From the sequence record SRR20825006_1611: a stretch of 44,906 nt of DNA. One strand, written 5' to 3'. Shown piece by piece: positions 28,201 through 36,360 of this stretch; the first letter of the stretch is position 1, and each line of letters begins with the position of its first letter. The notes beneath the pieces were generated by a model. The model saw nothing but the letters and a program-made list of their open reading frames with translations. It was not told the DNA's origin and did no database searches. Position numbers and translations under genes: made by a program.

Positions 28201-31200
28201 ACTGGACCAATTGGCGTGTCCAGGCGCCGGTTGATGCCGTGAAGCGTGAAGTCGCCAAACATACTGGCGTCGAGATCACGATCATCTATTCGCGAACAGA
28301 CTGCATGATCGGCGGCCCGGCTGAGGCCTGCCGCAAGATCTGTGAAGTTCTTGGGCCCGGCAGCGGCGCAAAGATGCACCAGCATCTGATTGTGCATGCC
28401 AAGGCCATGCGGCCCTTCGCGGAAACGTGGCGCAAGCTGCATACGCGCAAGATGCATGATGGGGACGGGGTGCGTCTCTACGCCAATGCCGTCAATGCCG
28501 CCTATGAGCCGACCAGCGAAACCTCGGCAGATATGCTAACCCGGCAGGCCATCGATACAGTAGATTTTCCGCCTACGGTCGAACAGGCATGGAAAGATGG
28601 CGTGCGCACCTTTGTGGAGCTTGGCCCGCGCGACACGCTGACCGCAGCACTTGGCAATATCCTTGAAGGCAAAGACTACAAGGCGGTCGCCACCGACCGC
28701 ATTGAAACAGCGGACTTGGGACAGGTCGCCGACCTCGCCGCCTTCCTGTTCGCGGACGGGCGCGCTCCCAAGATGAAGCTCATTGCAGGAACGCTGGAGG
28801 ACGGGAGGCGCAACAGGACCGTGCGGCCTGCGCCCTGGGCGCTGACACGCGATGTCCCTTACGCCAGGCCTATTGTTCCGGCCCTAATCCCAACAAGCCG
28901 GATGCCGGTTGCGCCGATTTTGGCCGCCGTGAACTATCCTGCGCCATGCGATTCAAAAGTCAGCACCACGCCGGTGCCATTCCCCGCGCCGCCAGCAGAC
29001 CGACCGCTGCCCGCGCCGCGCAAGGTGACTGCTGGAACAGAGCCACTTCTGCCGCGATCACCCGCAGGACCGCACTGGAACTATCCCGAGATCGAGAAAT
29101 CCGCGCGTGAGAAGATGTCTGACTTCTTCGGCGCCGCATTCAAACCGCAGGACAAATATGCTCGTCAGGTGCGCCTGCCAGCGCCCCCTTTGCTGCTCGT
29201 CGACCGGATCACCGGAATCGATGCAGAGGCCGGAGTCGAGAGTACCGGCATCATCTGGACCGAGACCGATTTGAAGCCGGATCAATGGTTCATCCATGAT
29301 GGCCGGATCCGACCCGGTCCGCTGATCGAAAGCGGGCAAGCTGACCTGACCTTGATCGGCTGGATGGGGGCGGACTTCAAGAACCAGGATGACCGGGTCT
29401 ATCGCCTTCTGGGGTGCGAAATCACATTCCATGAGGGCGGCCTGCCAGAGCCCGGTGAGACGCTACACTTCCAGATCGAGATCACCGGGCACGCGACACT
29501 CGCCGGTGTCCGCATGTTTTTCTTCCAGTATGATTGTATGGCGGGCGACCGCCGCGTCTTCTCCGTGCGAAACGGTCAGGCCGGCTTCTTCAGCGATGAC
29601 GAACTTGCCTCCGGAAAGGGCGTCATGTGGGATCCCGCCAAGGATGCACCGCCTACCGCAGACCCCACGCCATTTGCCGCCGAGGGCGCGAGCCGGAAGC
29701 GAGCTTTCAGTGCCAGAGATCTGGACGCTTACCGGGTCGGCAATGCCTGGGCGTGCTTTGGCGACGGGTTCGAACTGGTGGCCGCGCAGTCACGTCCGAT
29801 CCGTCTGCCGGACGACAGGCTGGCTCTCTTCGATGATGTCAAAGCCTTTGACCCCCATGGCGGGCCGTGGGGCAGGGGATATTTGAAAGCCCGCGCGCAT
29901 GTGCCGGTCGATGCCTGGTTCTATGAGGGTCATTTCCACAATGACCCCTGCATGCCGGGGACGCTGATGGCTGAGGCCGCCGTACAGACACTGGAGTTCT
30001 ATGCAGCGGCCGCGGGCCTGCTGACCGAACGTGACGGGTATGTCTTCGAACCGATGCCGGGCCATATGGCGCAATTCGTCTGCCGGGGGCAGGTCATTCC
30101 GGATACGGACCACGAGGTGACCTATGAGGTCTTCATCGATGAGATCATCGATGGAGAAACCCCGGAAATTTACGCGTCCCTTCTGGCAAGCAGTGACGGC
30201 AAGAAGGTGTTCTATTGCCCGCGCTTCGGCCTGCGCCTGCGCCGTGATTGGCCAGCACCACGCGTCGCCGAAGCACCGATCCGAACCGGGCCGATGGGGG
30301 AGAGTCGGGGTGACCATGATGCGCTGCTAGATTGCGCCAATGGTGCGCCATCGGCGGCCTTTGGCGAAATGTATGATCGGTTCGATTCCGAAGGCATCGT
30401 ACCCAGACTGCCGCAAGAGCCATATCACATGATGACGCGGGTCATCGACGTGTCCACACGGCCGGGCGTGCAGGAAGTTGGCGCAAAAGTTCGCGCCGAA
30501 TACGACATTCCTACGGATGCCTGGTATTTCGAGGACAACAGGAATGGGGCCATGCCCTTCGCCGTCCTGTCGGAGATCGCGCTGCAGCCGTGTGGGTGGC
30601 TCGCCAGCCATTGCGGTTTTGCCTTGTCCGGTAATCTGAAATTCCGAAATCTCGAAGGCGATGGAGTCCTGCATCGCGAGCTCAGCCCAGACGATGGGAC
30701 TATGGTCGTTGAGAGCGAGTTGACGGCCTTCTCCCGTGTCGGACCGATGACCATTGTGACCTTCGGCGTTGTGGTCACGCTAGCCTCAGGCGAACCTGTC
30801 CTGGACCTGACGACCCAGTTCGGATTCTTTCCAGCTGCCGCGCTCGTGCGCCAGGCCGGCCTGTCGGCCAAGCCGCATTTCTCTGCTGCGTTCGACCTGC
30901 CGGGCGAAAAAGTGAAGACGCGCATGATTGAAAAGCGCCTTGCAGGCGGCAAGATGCGCATGCTGGACGCGGTCGACTATTTCAACCCGACCGGCGGAGA
31001 GGCCGGGCTTGGTCTGATCCGGGGCCGCCAAGCAGTTGATCCGAATGCGTGGTACTTCAAGGCGCACTTCTATCAGGATCCGGTCCAGCCGGGGTCGCTC
31101 GGCCTTGATGCGCTCGCACAATTGCTGGCGCACGCCATTCTGCTCAAGGGACTGGATGAGGGCATGAGCGACCCGCACTTTGAAACCATTGCGACCGGCG

Positions 31201-31391
31201 CACCGTTCAAATGGAGCTATCGCGGACAGGTGACGCCCGACAAGAAAGAAGTCGTTACCGTGATGGAGATTGTTTCCATAGAGAACCGCGACAAGGGCTG
31301 GTTGGTCACTGCACGAGGAAGCCTGTGGCGGGATGGCCTGCGTGTTTACGAAGTCGGTCCCTACAGCCTTGCGCTGGTGGACAAAGGCTAG
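25287..31391 (+). CDS. PfaB/C-like fusion: KS-CLF-AT-(pseudoDH-DH)x2 with FabA-type dehydratases
   Basis: KS: DAACASS, HATGT, GHL. CLF: SVSAEAASG (no Cys). AT: GLSLGE. DH: GHFHNDPCMPGTLM and AHFYQDPVQPGSLG. ATGA overlap with the KR ORF. Confidence 0.93.
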   Translation: MTGDCRFEPIAIVGQGCVLPGAMSPAELGDLVFDKRVVYGPVPSERLGLSEADAASRNYVSGTVQGFEDIFDEDRIPVAWRAAARIDPVCAWSVHAALDAWSNARRPKVRKGRAGVFVANLSYPSAAHADYAARHWAGQALSEPLATFNASLPPQLIAQTLGLSGPAFSLDAACASSLYALEIACRRLQSQAIDCAVVVGVNAADNLILHIGFEALKALSPTGQSRPFVKGADGLVPSEGAVSVVLKRLSDVKKKDVVHGVIRGIGLSNDGRRKGLLAPSGEGQTEAMTRAYTMAGVDPKSVSYLECHATGTPTGDGVEVQASADMFAGNKNLAIGSLKANTGHLITAAGLASLLKLTEAFKREALPPTPIRGNLIEVASRNGMTVLGEAASWEPRNGIRRAAISNFGFGGNNAHLILDQYNPESDLVEAREAKLSEQDIVICGTGLLAGSDRGADAVTRRIMNQPIKPATACRKVGADPKTARTPPTDLLEAEPQQLAIVDVVEEALQSVKPVASDRVGIFTGMGCASDSARWLFRERLANLARLPRNSEELATAQALVAPPLHAATVLGAMANMTANRVTYAHDFQGMGFSVSAEAASGLAALDLAVEALRLGQLDMAIVAAADFATEPVRAAALADIGITVRPGDQGAAIVLKRKDDAEAASDRNFGSLHDVNWSKGGASETGVINRVFGKAPCASVVFELALQAQLCARGHVLTAEGAVPDIRETSLPVDISVAATQLNTVGSVTFDPADAVPIPDALRPTPFLFWASAKDKTTLAARVASGKTGGRGKCRIAMVAPTEEALAEQLDSAQQMLEQGKAPVGDGVHFGEGKPEGELAFMFTGSAAVYPRMGRGLLSAFPELRQRLAKLDKADEIAPLLAKASLTEFEQLCAGTLMSQAHAILLLDLLGLKPDAALGLSLGESNALFAFGFWRDPGALLDEISDAAMYERHIGGEFETAKEAWGPNVPADWTNWRVQAPVDAVKREVAKHTGVEITIIYSRTDCMIGGPAEACRKICEVLGPGSGAKMHQHLIVHAKAMRPFAETWRKLHTRKMHDGDGVRLYANAVNAAYEPTSETSADMLTRQAIDTVDFPPTVEQAWKDGVRTFVELGPRDTLTAALGNILEGKDYKAVATDRIETADLGQVADLAAFLFADGRAPKMKLIAGTLEDGRRNRTVRPAPWALTRDVPYARPIVPALIPTSRMPVAPILAAVNYPAPCDSKVSTTPVPFPAPPADRPLPAPRKVTAGTEPLLPRSPAGPHWNYPEIEKSAREKMSDFFGAAFKPQDKYARQVRLPAPPLLLVDRITGIDAEAGVESTGIIWTETDLKPDQWFIHDGRIRPGPLIESGQADLTLIGWMGADFKNQDDRVYRLLGCEITFHEGGLPEPGETLHFQIEITGHATLAGVRMFFFQYDCMAGDRRVFSVRNGQAGFFSDDELASGKGVMWDPAKDAPPTADPTPFAAEGASRKRAFSARDLDAYRVGNAWACFGDGFELVAAQSRPIRLPDDRLALFDDVKAFDPHGGPWGRGYLKARAHVPVDAWFYEGHFHNDPCMPGTLMAEAAVQTLEFYAAAAGLLTERDGYVFEPMPGHMAQFVCRGQVIPDTDHEVTYEVFIDEIIDGETPEIYASLLASSDGKKVFYCPRFGLRLRRDWPAPRVAEAPIRTGPMGESRGDHDALLDCANGAPSAAFGEMYDRFDSEGIVPRLPQEPYHMMTRVIDVSTRPGVQEVGAKVRAEYDIPTDAWYFEDNRNGAMPFAVLSEIALQPCGWLASHCGFALSGNLKFRNLEGDGVLHRELSPDDGTMVVESELTAFSRVGPMTIVTFGVVVTLASGEPVLDLTTQFGFFPAAALVRQAGLSAKPHFSAAFDLPGEKVKTRMIEKRLAGGKMRMLDAVDYFNPTGGEAGLGLIRGRQAVDPNAWYFKAHFYQDPVQPGSLGLDALAQLLAHAILLKGLDEGMSDPHFETIATGAPFKWSYRGQVTPDKKEVVTVMEIVSIENRDKGWLVTARGSLWRDGLRVYEVGPYSLALVDKG

Positions 31392-32059
31392 GCGCACTCG
31401 CTCGCGACGCAAGTGACAATGTCTCCGTGCAGGAAGCACGAAATGTCGAATATGCGATCCGTATGCGATACTTGTCCCTGGGAAGTCTCACCAAGGATGA
31501 GGCTTGCGGATAGGTTGATCGTCGGTGCCCCCATGCGGAATCCCTGACCGGCGGCTTTCATGATGGCCTCCTTGATCGTCCACAGCCTGTAGAATGGGAG
31601 GAGATCGTCGTTAGCGATACCGCTGAATATCTTTCGCTCCGAAGCCGAACACATCATCGGCAGCATCTGTCGCCAATCGATGTCGCGAACCTTTTCGATA
31701 TCAATTCCGACCGCTTTGTCATGAGAGGTGGCGAAGGCAGACCAGCCCCCGGTGCGAGAAATCGACAGATACAGTTCCCGCATATTTCGCAGGGAAGGCG
31801 CCCCGAGCGTATCATGTTCGAGAACTATATCCGCCTTCGCTTGGCCGAGATGATTTGAAAGGCCGGTTCGCACAGCTGCGAATGAGCGTTCCAGATCAAG
31901 ACGTATGTCTGGATCGAACAACTTTCCAAGGCGCGCGTACTCGGTATTTGTGAGGACCGATGACTGCGTCTGTACCTCCGAATGATCCAGAATATACGCC
32001 GAGATGCTCGGCTGCTCCGGCGCGCGGGTCTGAGATGAGGGAATGTCGAGTTGGATCAT
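31388..32059 (-). CDS. Sfp-type 4'-phosphopantetheinyl transferase (PfaE-like)
   Basis: GAPSL, LSISRT, VGIDIE and FYRLWTIKEAIMKAAGQG motifs; convergent 4-bp overlap with the PKS gene; start uncertain. Confidence 0.9.
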   Translation of the reverse strand: MIQLDIPSSQTRAPEQPSISAYILDHSEVQTQSSVLTNTEYARLGKLFDPDIRLDLERSFAAVRTGLSNHLGQAKADIVLEHDTLGAPSLRNMRELYLSISRTGGWSAFATSHDKAVGIDIEKVRDIDWRQMLPMMCSASERKIFSGIANDDLLPFYRLWTIKEAIMKAAGQGFRMGAPTINLSASLILGETSQGQVSHTDRIFDISCFLHGDIVTCVASECA

Positions 32060-32195
32060 GTCAGGCAGGCTGCAAGTGATATACCGGATCAGCGCGGGAA
32101 ATGATCCAATTACAGCCAAGAATATACACACACCGCTTGTTTCCGCTAGAAGTCGGAATGAGCCCGTATATGCACTTCCGGACCTGACATTGACT

Positions 32196-33173
32196 ATGCC
32201 ATCCAGCCTTTCTTACAAGTTTTCGATCGCGCCCATGATGGACTGGACGGACCGGCACTGCCGCATGTTCCATCGGAGCCTGTCGAAACATGCGCTGCTC
32301 TGGTCTGAAATGGTGACGGCTGATGCCGTCATCCATGGAGACCGCGGCCGCTTGATTGGCTTCTCCGAAGCCGAGCATCCCGTCGTCCTGCAACTGGGTG
32401 GCAATGAACCTGCAAAACTGGCGGAGGCTGCAGCCAGCGCCGAGCAGTTCGGCTATGACGAAGTCAACATCAATTGTGGCTGTCCGTCTGACCGAGTTCA
32501 ATCAGGCGCGTTCGGAGCTTGCCTGATGGCGCGGCCGGACGAAGTAGCCGCGTGCGTTGACGCCATGAAAGCCCGCGTGTCCATCCCGGTCACGGTAAAG
32601 TGCCGCATCGCCATTGATGATTTGCCAGCGGAAGAAACCCTGTTCGATTTTGTCGAGAAAGTCAGCGCGGCAGGTTGCGAGGTTTTCACCGTTCACGCGC
32701 GCAAGGCTTGGCTTAAAGGCCTGAGCCCGAAGGAAAACCGCGATATTCCGCCGCTTGATTATGACCTTGTGGCGCGCCTGAAGGCCGTGCGGCCTGACCT
32801 GACCATTATCCTGAATGGCGGCATCACCACAATCGAGGCTTGCCGCGACCACCTCGATACTTTTGATGGCGTCATGCTGGGTCGTGCCGCTTATCAATCC
32901 CCAGCCCTGCTGGGCGAGGTGGATTCCGCATTGTTCGGAGTCGGCGAGCCTGTCTCACCAGAGGTAGCCCTCGACGCGTACCGGCCTTATATGGCAGCGC
33001 GTCTGGAAGAGGGCGTCGGGTTGCATGCGATGACCCGTCATATGCTGGGCCTCTTTAACGGACAGCCCGGCGCGCGCCTCTGGCGGCGAACACTCTCTGA
33101 GAAAGCCGTGCGTAAGGGCGCCGGTCTGGAAGTGTTGGATGAAGCGCTTAGCGCGGTCATGCTCGACGCCTGA
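32196..33173 (+). CDS. dusA: tRNA-dihydrouridine(20/20a) synthase
   Basis: APMMDWTDRHCR, QLGG, NINCGCPSDRVQSG and HARKAWLKGLSPKENR motifs. Confidence 0.96.
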   Translation: MPSSLSYKFSIAPMMDWTDRHCRMFHRSLSKHALLWSEMVTADAVIHGDRGRLIGFSEAEHPVVLQLGGNEPAKLAEAAASAEQFGYDEVNINCGCPSDRVQSGAFGACLMARPDEVAACVDAMKARVSIPVTVKCRIAIDDLPAEETLFDFVEKVSAAGCEVFTVHARKAWLKGLSPKENRDIPPLDYDLVARLKAVRPDLTIILNGGITTIEACRDHLDTFDGVMLGRAAYQSPALLGEVDSALFGVGEPVSPEVALDAYRPYMAARLEEGVGLHAMTRHMLGLFNGQPGARLWRRTLSEKAVRKGAGLEVLDEALSAVMLDA

Positions 33174-33203
33174 TATAAAGCAGGTTCAACTTTTCGGAAT
33201 TTC

Positions 33204-33218
33204 GTTCTTTATTTGTTC
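33204..33218 (+). promoter_or_regulatory. LexA (SOS) box upstream of comM
   Basis: GTTC-tttattt-GTTC ending 45 nt before ATG 33264; a TTAACCAT CtrA-like half-site follows at 33230-33237. Confidence 0.85.
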
Positions 33219-33263
33219 GCAATATTCTGTTAACCATTTGCCCCATGCTGACAGGGGTTGGAG

Positions 33264-34832
33264 ATGGTTTGCAGGGTTACGACGTTTGCATTTGAGGGCG
33301 TAGACGCCCAGCCCGTGGACGTGCAGGTCCAGATGACCGGCGGCCAGCCAGCGTTTCATATTGTCGGCTTGCCGGACAAGGCGGTTGGCGAGAGCCGTGA
33401 ACGTGTCCGGGCTGCTTTTGCCTCCCTTGGGCTCGCACTCCCGCCGAAACGGGTCATCGTGAACCTCGCCCCCGCTGATCTTCCCAAGGAAGGCAGCCAT
33501 TATGATCTCGCCATCGCGCTTGCCCTGCTCGCCATGATGGGCGTGATCCCACCAGACCAGTTGGAGGCCTACGCGGCCATTGGAGAACTTTCGCTTGATG
33601 GCGCGCTGGGCGAAACGCTCGGGGTCCTGCCAGCCGCCATGGCCGCTGAAGGGATGGATTTACAACTCATCTGCCCACAGATTTGCGGCGCTGAAGCAGC
33701 CTGGGCAGGCGGCAGTGTTATTGGCGCAACAGGCCTGATTGCCCTGATCAATCACTTTACTGGCCGCGCTGTTATCAGCCCTCCGCAGCCGGGCGAGCTG
33801 GCAACCCCGCCCGCCGGGCCGGATCTGCGCGATGTGAAAGGTCAGGAAGGTGCCAAGCGCGCACTCGAAATTGCAGCCGCCGGGGGGCACAATCTCCTTT
33901 TTTGCGGCCCGCCTGGGTCGGGGAAGTCCATGCTGGCCCAAAGATTGGCTGGCATATTGCCGCCATTATCTGCGCGGGAATTGCTGGAAGTTTCGCAAAT
34001 TCAGTCGATTGCGGGCCTGTTGGAGCGCGGACGCCTCTCGCGGAGACGACCCTTTCGCGCGCCCCACCATTCGGCCTCCATGGCTGCTTTGGTCGGGGGC
34101 GGAATCAAGGCCAAGCCCGGTGAAGTCTCGCTCGCGCATCATGGCGTGCTTTTTCTTGATGAATTGCCGGAATTCCCCGCAACGGTGCTCGACAGTTTGC
34201 GACAGCCGCTTGAGGCGGGCGAAGCCGTGGTGGCGCGGGCCAACCGGCATGTGCGGTATCCGGCGCGGTTTCAGCTGATCGCTGCCATGAATCCATGCCG
34301 GTGTGGGGGAGGGCCCGGCGCAGCCGCCTGTCGGCGGGGTCCCCGCTGTGCACAGCAATATCAGGCCCGCTTGTCCGGTCCGTTCCTGGACCGGATCGAT
34401 CTCTACTACGACACGCCACCAGTTACCGCCGTTGATCTTGCGCTGCCGCCGCCCTCGGAAGGCTCTGAAGAAGTTCGCGCGCGCGTCGCCCGGGCGCGTG
34501 ACATCCAGACAGAGCGGCTGGGGCATATGGCAAGTGACACGATCCGATCGGTTAACGCCGACACGCCTCTTTCCGAACTGGAAAAGTCGGCAGCGCCTGA
34601 TGAGGCTGGTGCCGCTTTGCTGGCGGATGCCGCTTCGCGGCTGCAACTGACCGCGCGGGGCTACAGCCGGGTGCTCAAAGTGGCACGCACCATTGCAGAT
34701 CTTGAGGGTTGTGACGGCGTGCGGCGGCTTCATGTCGCTGAGGCACTATCCTATCGGCATCGTCCGCCGGGCATGCCCGAGCCAGCCGTATCTGCGGCGC
34801 GCGGCGCTGCAGCCGGGAGCATGGTCGGTTAA
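33264..34832 (+). CDS. comM: YifB/ComM Mg-chelatase-like AAA+ ATPase
   Basis: IVGLPDKAVGESRERV, NLAPADLPKEGSHYDL, GPPGSGKS, RAPHHSAS and LFLDELPEF motifs. Confidence 0.95.
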   Translation: MVCRVTTFAFEGVDAQPVDVQVQMTGGQPAFHIVGLPDKAVGESRERVRAAFASLGLALPPKRVIVNLAPADLPKEGSHYDLAIALALLAMMGVIPPDQLEAYAAIGELSLDGALGETLGVLPAAMAAEGMDLQLICPQICGAEAAWAGGSVIGATGLIALINHFTGRAVISPPQPGELATPPAGPDLRDVKGQEGAKRALEIAAAGGHNLLFCGPPGSGKSMLAQRLAGILPPLSARELLEVSQIQSIAGLLERGRLSRRRPFRAPHHSASMAALVGGGIKAKPGEVSLAHHGVLFLDELPEFPATVLDSLRQPLEAGEAVVARANRHVRYPARFQLIAAMNPCRCGGGPGAAACRRGPRCAQQYQARLSGPFLDRIDLYYDTPPVTAVDLALPPPSEGSEEVRARVARARDIQTERLGHMASDTIRSVNADTPLSELEKSAAPDEAGAALLADAASRLQLTARGYSRVLKVARTIADLEGCDGVRRLHVAEALSYRHRPPGMPEPAVSAARGAAAGSMVG

Positions 34833-34843
34833 ATGAATGCTAA
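34828..34843. promoter_or_regulatory. Candidate CtrA site upstream of the hybrid kinase
   Basis: GTTAA-atgaatg-CTAA, which reads TTAG-N7-TTAAC on the minus strand: one mismatch to TTAA-N7-TTAAC. Confidence 0.5.
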
Positions 34844-34869
34844 AGGCTTTGCGATAAGTCTGCTGCCCG

Positions 34870-36360
34870 ATGACAGACTCACAAAAGCCTCCCGCAAATC
34901 CCGCCAAGCCGGAAGACACCTTCCTGGCAACGGCGAGTCATGAAATTCGCACGCCCCTGAACGGTATTCTCGGCACAGTTTCCCTGTTGCTTGAGACCGA
35001 ACTGGCCCCAGCGCAGCGCGAATATGCCGAGGCGATCAAGATGAGCGGCGGGCGCCTGCTCGATTTGCTTAATAATGTGCTGGATTATGCCCGGCTCGAT
35101 GCTTCTGCAGTGGAACTGGAAGTCGAAAATTTTTGCCCGGTGCGTCTGGGCCGGGAAGTGATCGAATTGCTCAGCCCGCGTGCGCATGCGGCAGGGCTCG
35201 ACCTTGCTGTTCGCGCGCAGCCTTTGCCGATGCCGACCTATTCCGGCGATGCAGGTCGTATACGACAGATCTTGTTCAACCTGGTGGGCAACGCCCTCAA
35301 GTTCACGCGCCAGGGTTCGGTCCTGCTGGATATCGCGGCTCGAACGGATGGGCTCGAATTCCGTGTCATCGACACCGGTCCCGGCATAGCTGAAGCGGAT
35401 CGCGTCCAATTGTTCAGCGCGTTCAAACAATCGGCCACGCAGGATGCTTTCAATGATGGCGGAGTCGGGCTTGGCCTTGCCATCGTCAAGCGGCTGACGG
35501 AGCTGCTGGGTGGACGGGTAGACATTGATGGTGCTCCCGGCCTGGGCACCGCCTTCAAGATATTCCTGCCCCTGGCACGTGCAGACATGCCGTCCACGCA
35601 TGACCTGCCGCAACTCGATATGACCGTTGGCCTCGTCGGTCTCCCGGCCGCCACCACGCTTGCAGCCGCGTCTGCGCTTTCCGGGTCCGAGGCCAGGCCT
35701 TTTCTGATCGACCCAGTCGCGGGGCGTGTGCCCGGTCACGTCGATATATTGTTGATTGGCGCTGATTTACGCGAAAAGCTCGTCAGAGAATTTGCCTGCC
35801 AGCGTCCAACCCTGGTGGTCCTGCGTCCCGAAGACCGTGGCGCGATCGAGCGGTTTCGGAGTCTGGGCTGCACAGGCTGGCTGGTAAGACCGCTGCGCGC
35901 ATTCTCGATTGCAGAACGTGTCTATGTCGTCCAATCAGGTGAGCAGGCGATAGACGAGCCGGAGCAGAAGACAGGGGCAGGGCATGTGCTGATTGCCGAT
36001 GACAATCCGGTAAATGCACTGATCGCACGACGCGCCTTGGAATCGGCCGGTTTTACCGTCACTGTAGCCTCCACCGGAAGCGAAGCTGTGGAGACTGCAA
36101 CGCAAATGAACATCGCCCTCATCCTGATGGATTTGCGCATGCCAGTCATGGATGGCTTTGAAGCCATGCGCCGCATTCGCGACAACGGGTCGGACGTTCC
36201 GATGCTGGCTGTCTCTGCGGAAATGAATCCGAACATCGAGCGACAGGCGCGCGCGGCTGGCGCAAACGGCGTGGCTGCCAAGCCTCTGGATGCCGAGGCA
36301 CTCCGTCGCCTTGCGCTGCACTGGACGAGCGCGCCGGTCCGGCACGAAGGCGCTGCATGA
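34870..36360 (+). CDS. Soluble hybrid histidine kinase HisKA-HATPase-pseudoREC-REC (ShkA-like)
   Basis: SHEIRTPLNG, NLVGNALKFT, DTGPGI and GVGLGL motifs; degenerate REC ending WLVRPLR; REC with DDN, MDLRMP, AKP; no input domain. Confidence 0.88.
   Translation: MTDSQKPPANPAKPEDTFLATASHEIRTPLNGILGTVSLLLETELAPAQREYAEAIKMSGGRLLDLLNNVLDYARLDASAVELEVENFCPVRLGREVIELLSPRAHAAGLDLAVRAQPLPMPTYSGDAGRIRQILFNLVGNALKFTRQGSVLLDIAARTDGLEFRVIDTGPGIAEADRVQLFSAFKQSATQDAFNDGGVGLGLAIVKRLTELLGGRVDIDGAPGLGTAFKIFLPLARADMPSTHDLPQLDMTVGLVGLPAATTLAAASALSGSEARPFLIDPVAGRVPGHVDILLIGADLREKLVREFACQRPTLVVLRPEDRGAIERFRSLGCTGWLVRPLRAFSIAERVYVVQSGEQAIDEPEQKTGAGHVLIADDNPVNALIARRALESAGFTVTVASTGSEAVETATQMNIALILMDLRMPVMDGFEAMRRIRDNGSDVPMLAVSAEMNPNIERQARAAGANGVAAKPLDAEALRRLALHWTSAPVRHEGAA

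Noticed and set aside
17950-32240. Intact dusA-integrated mobile element
   Set aside because: No integrase, transposase or flanking direct repeat was found by eye.
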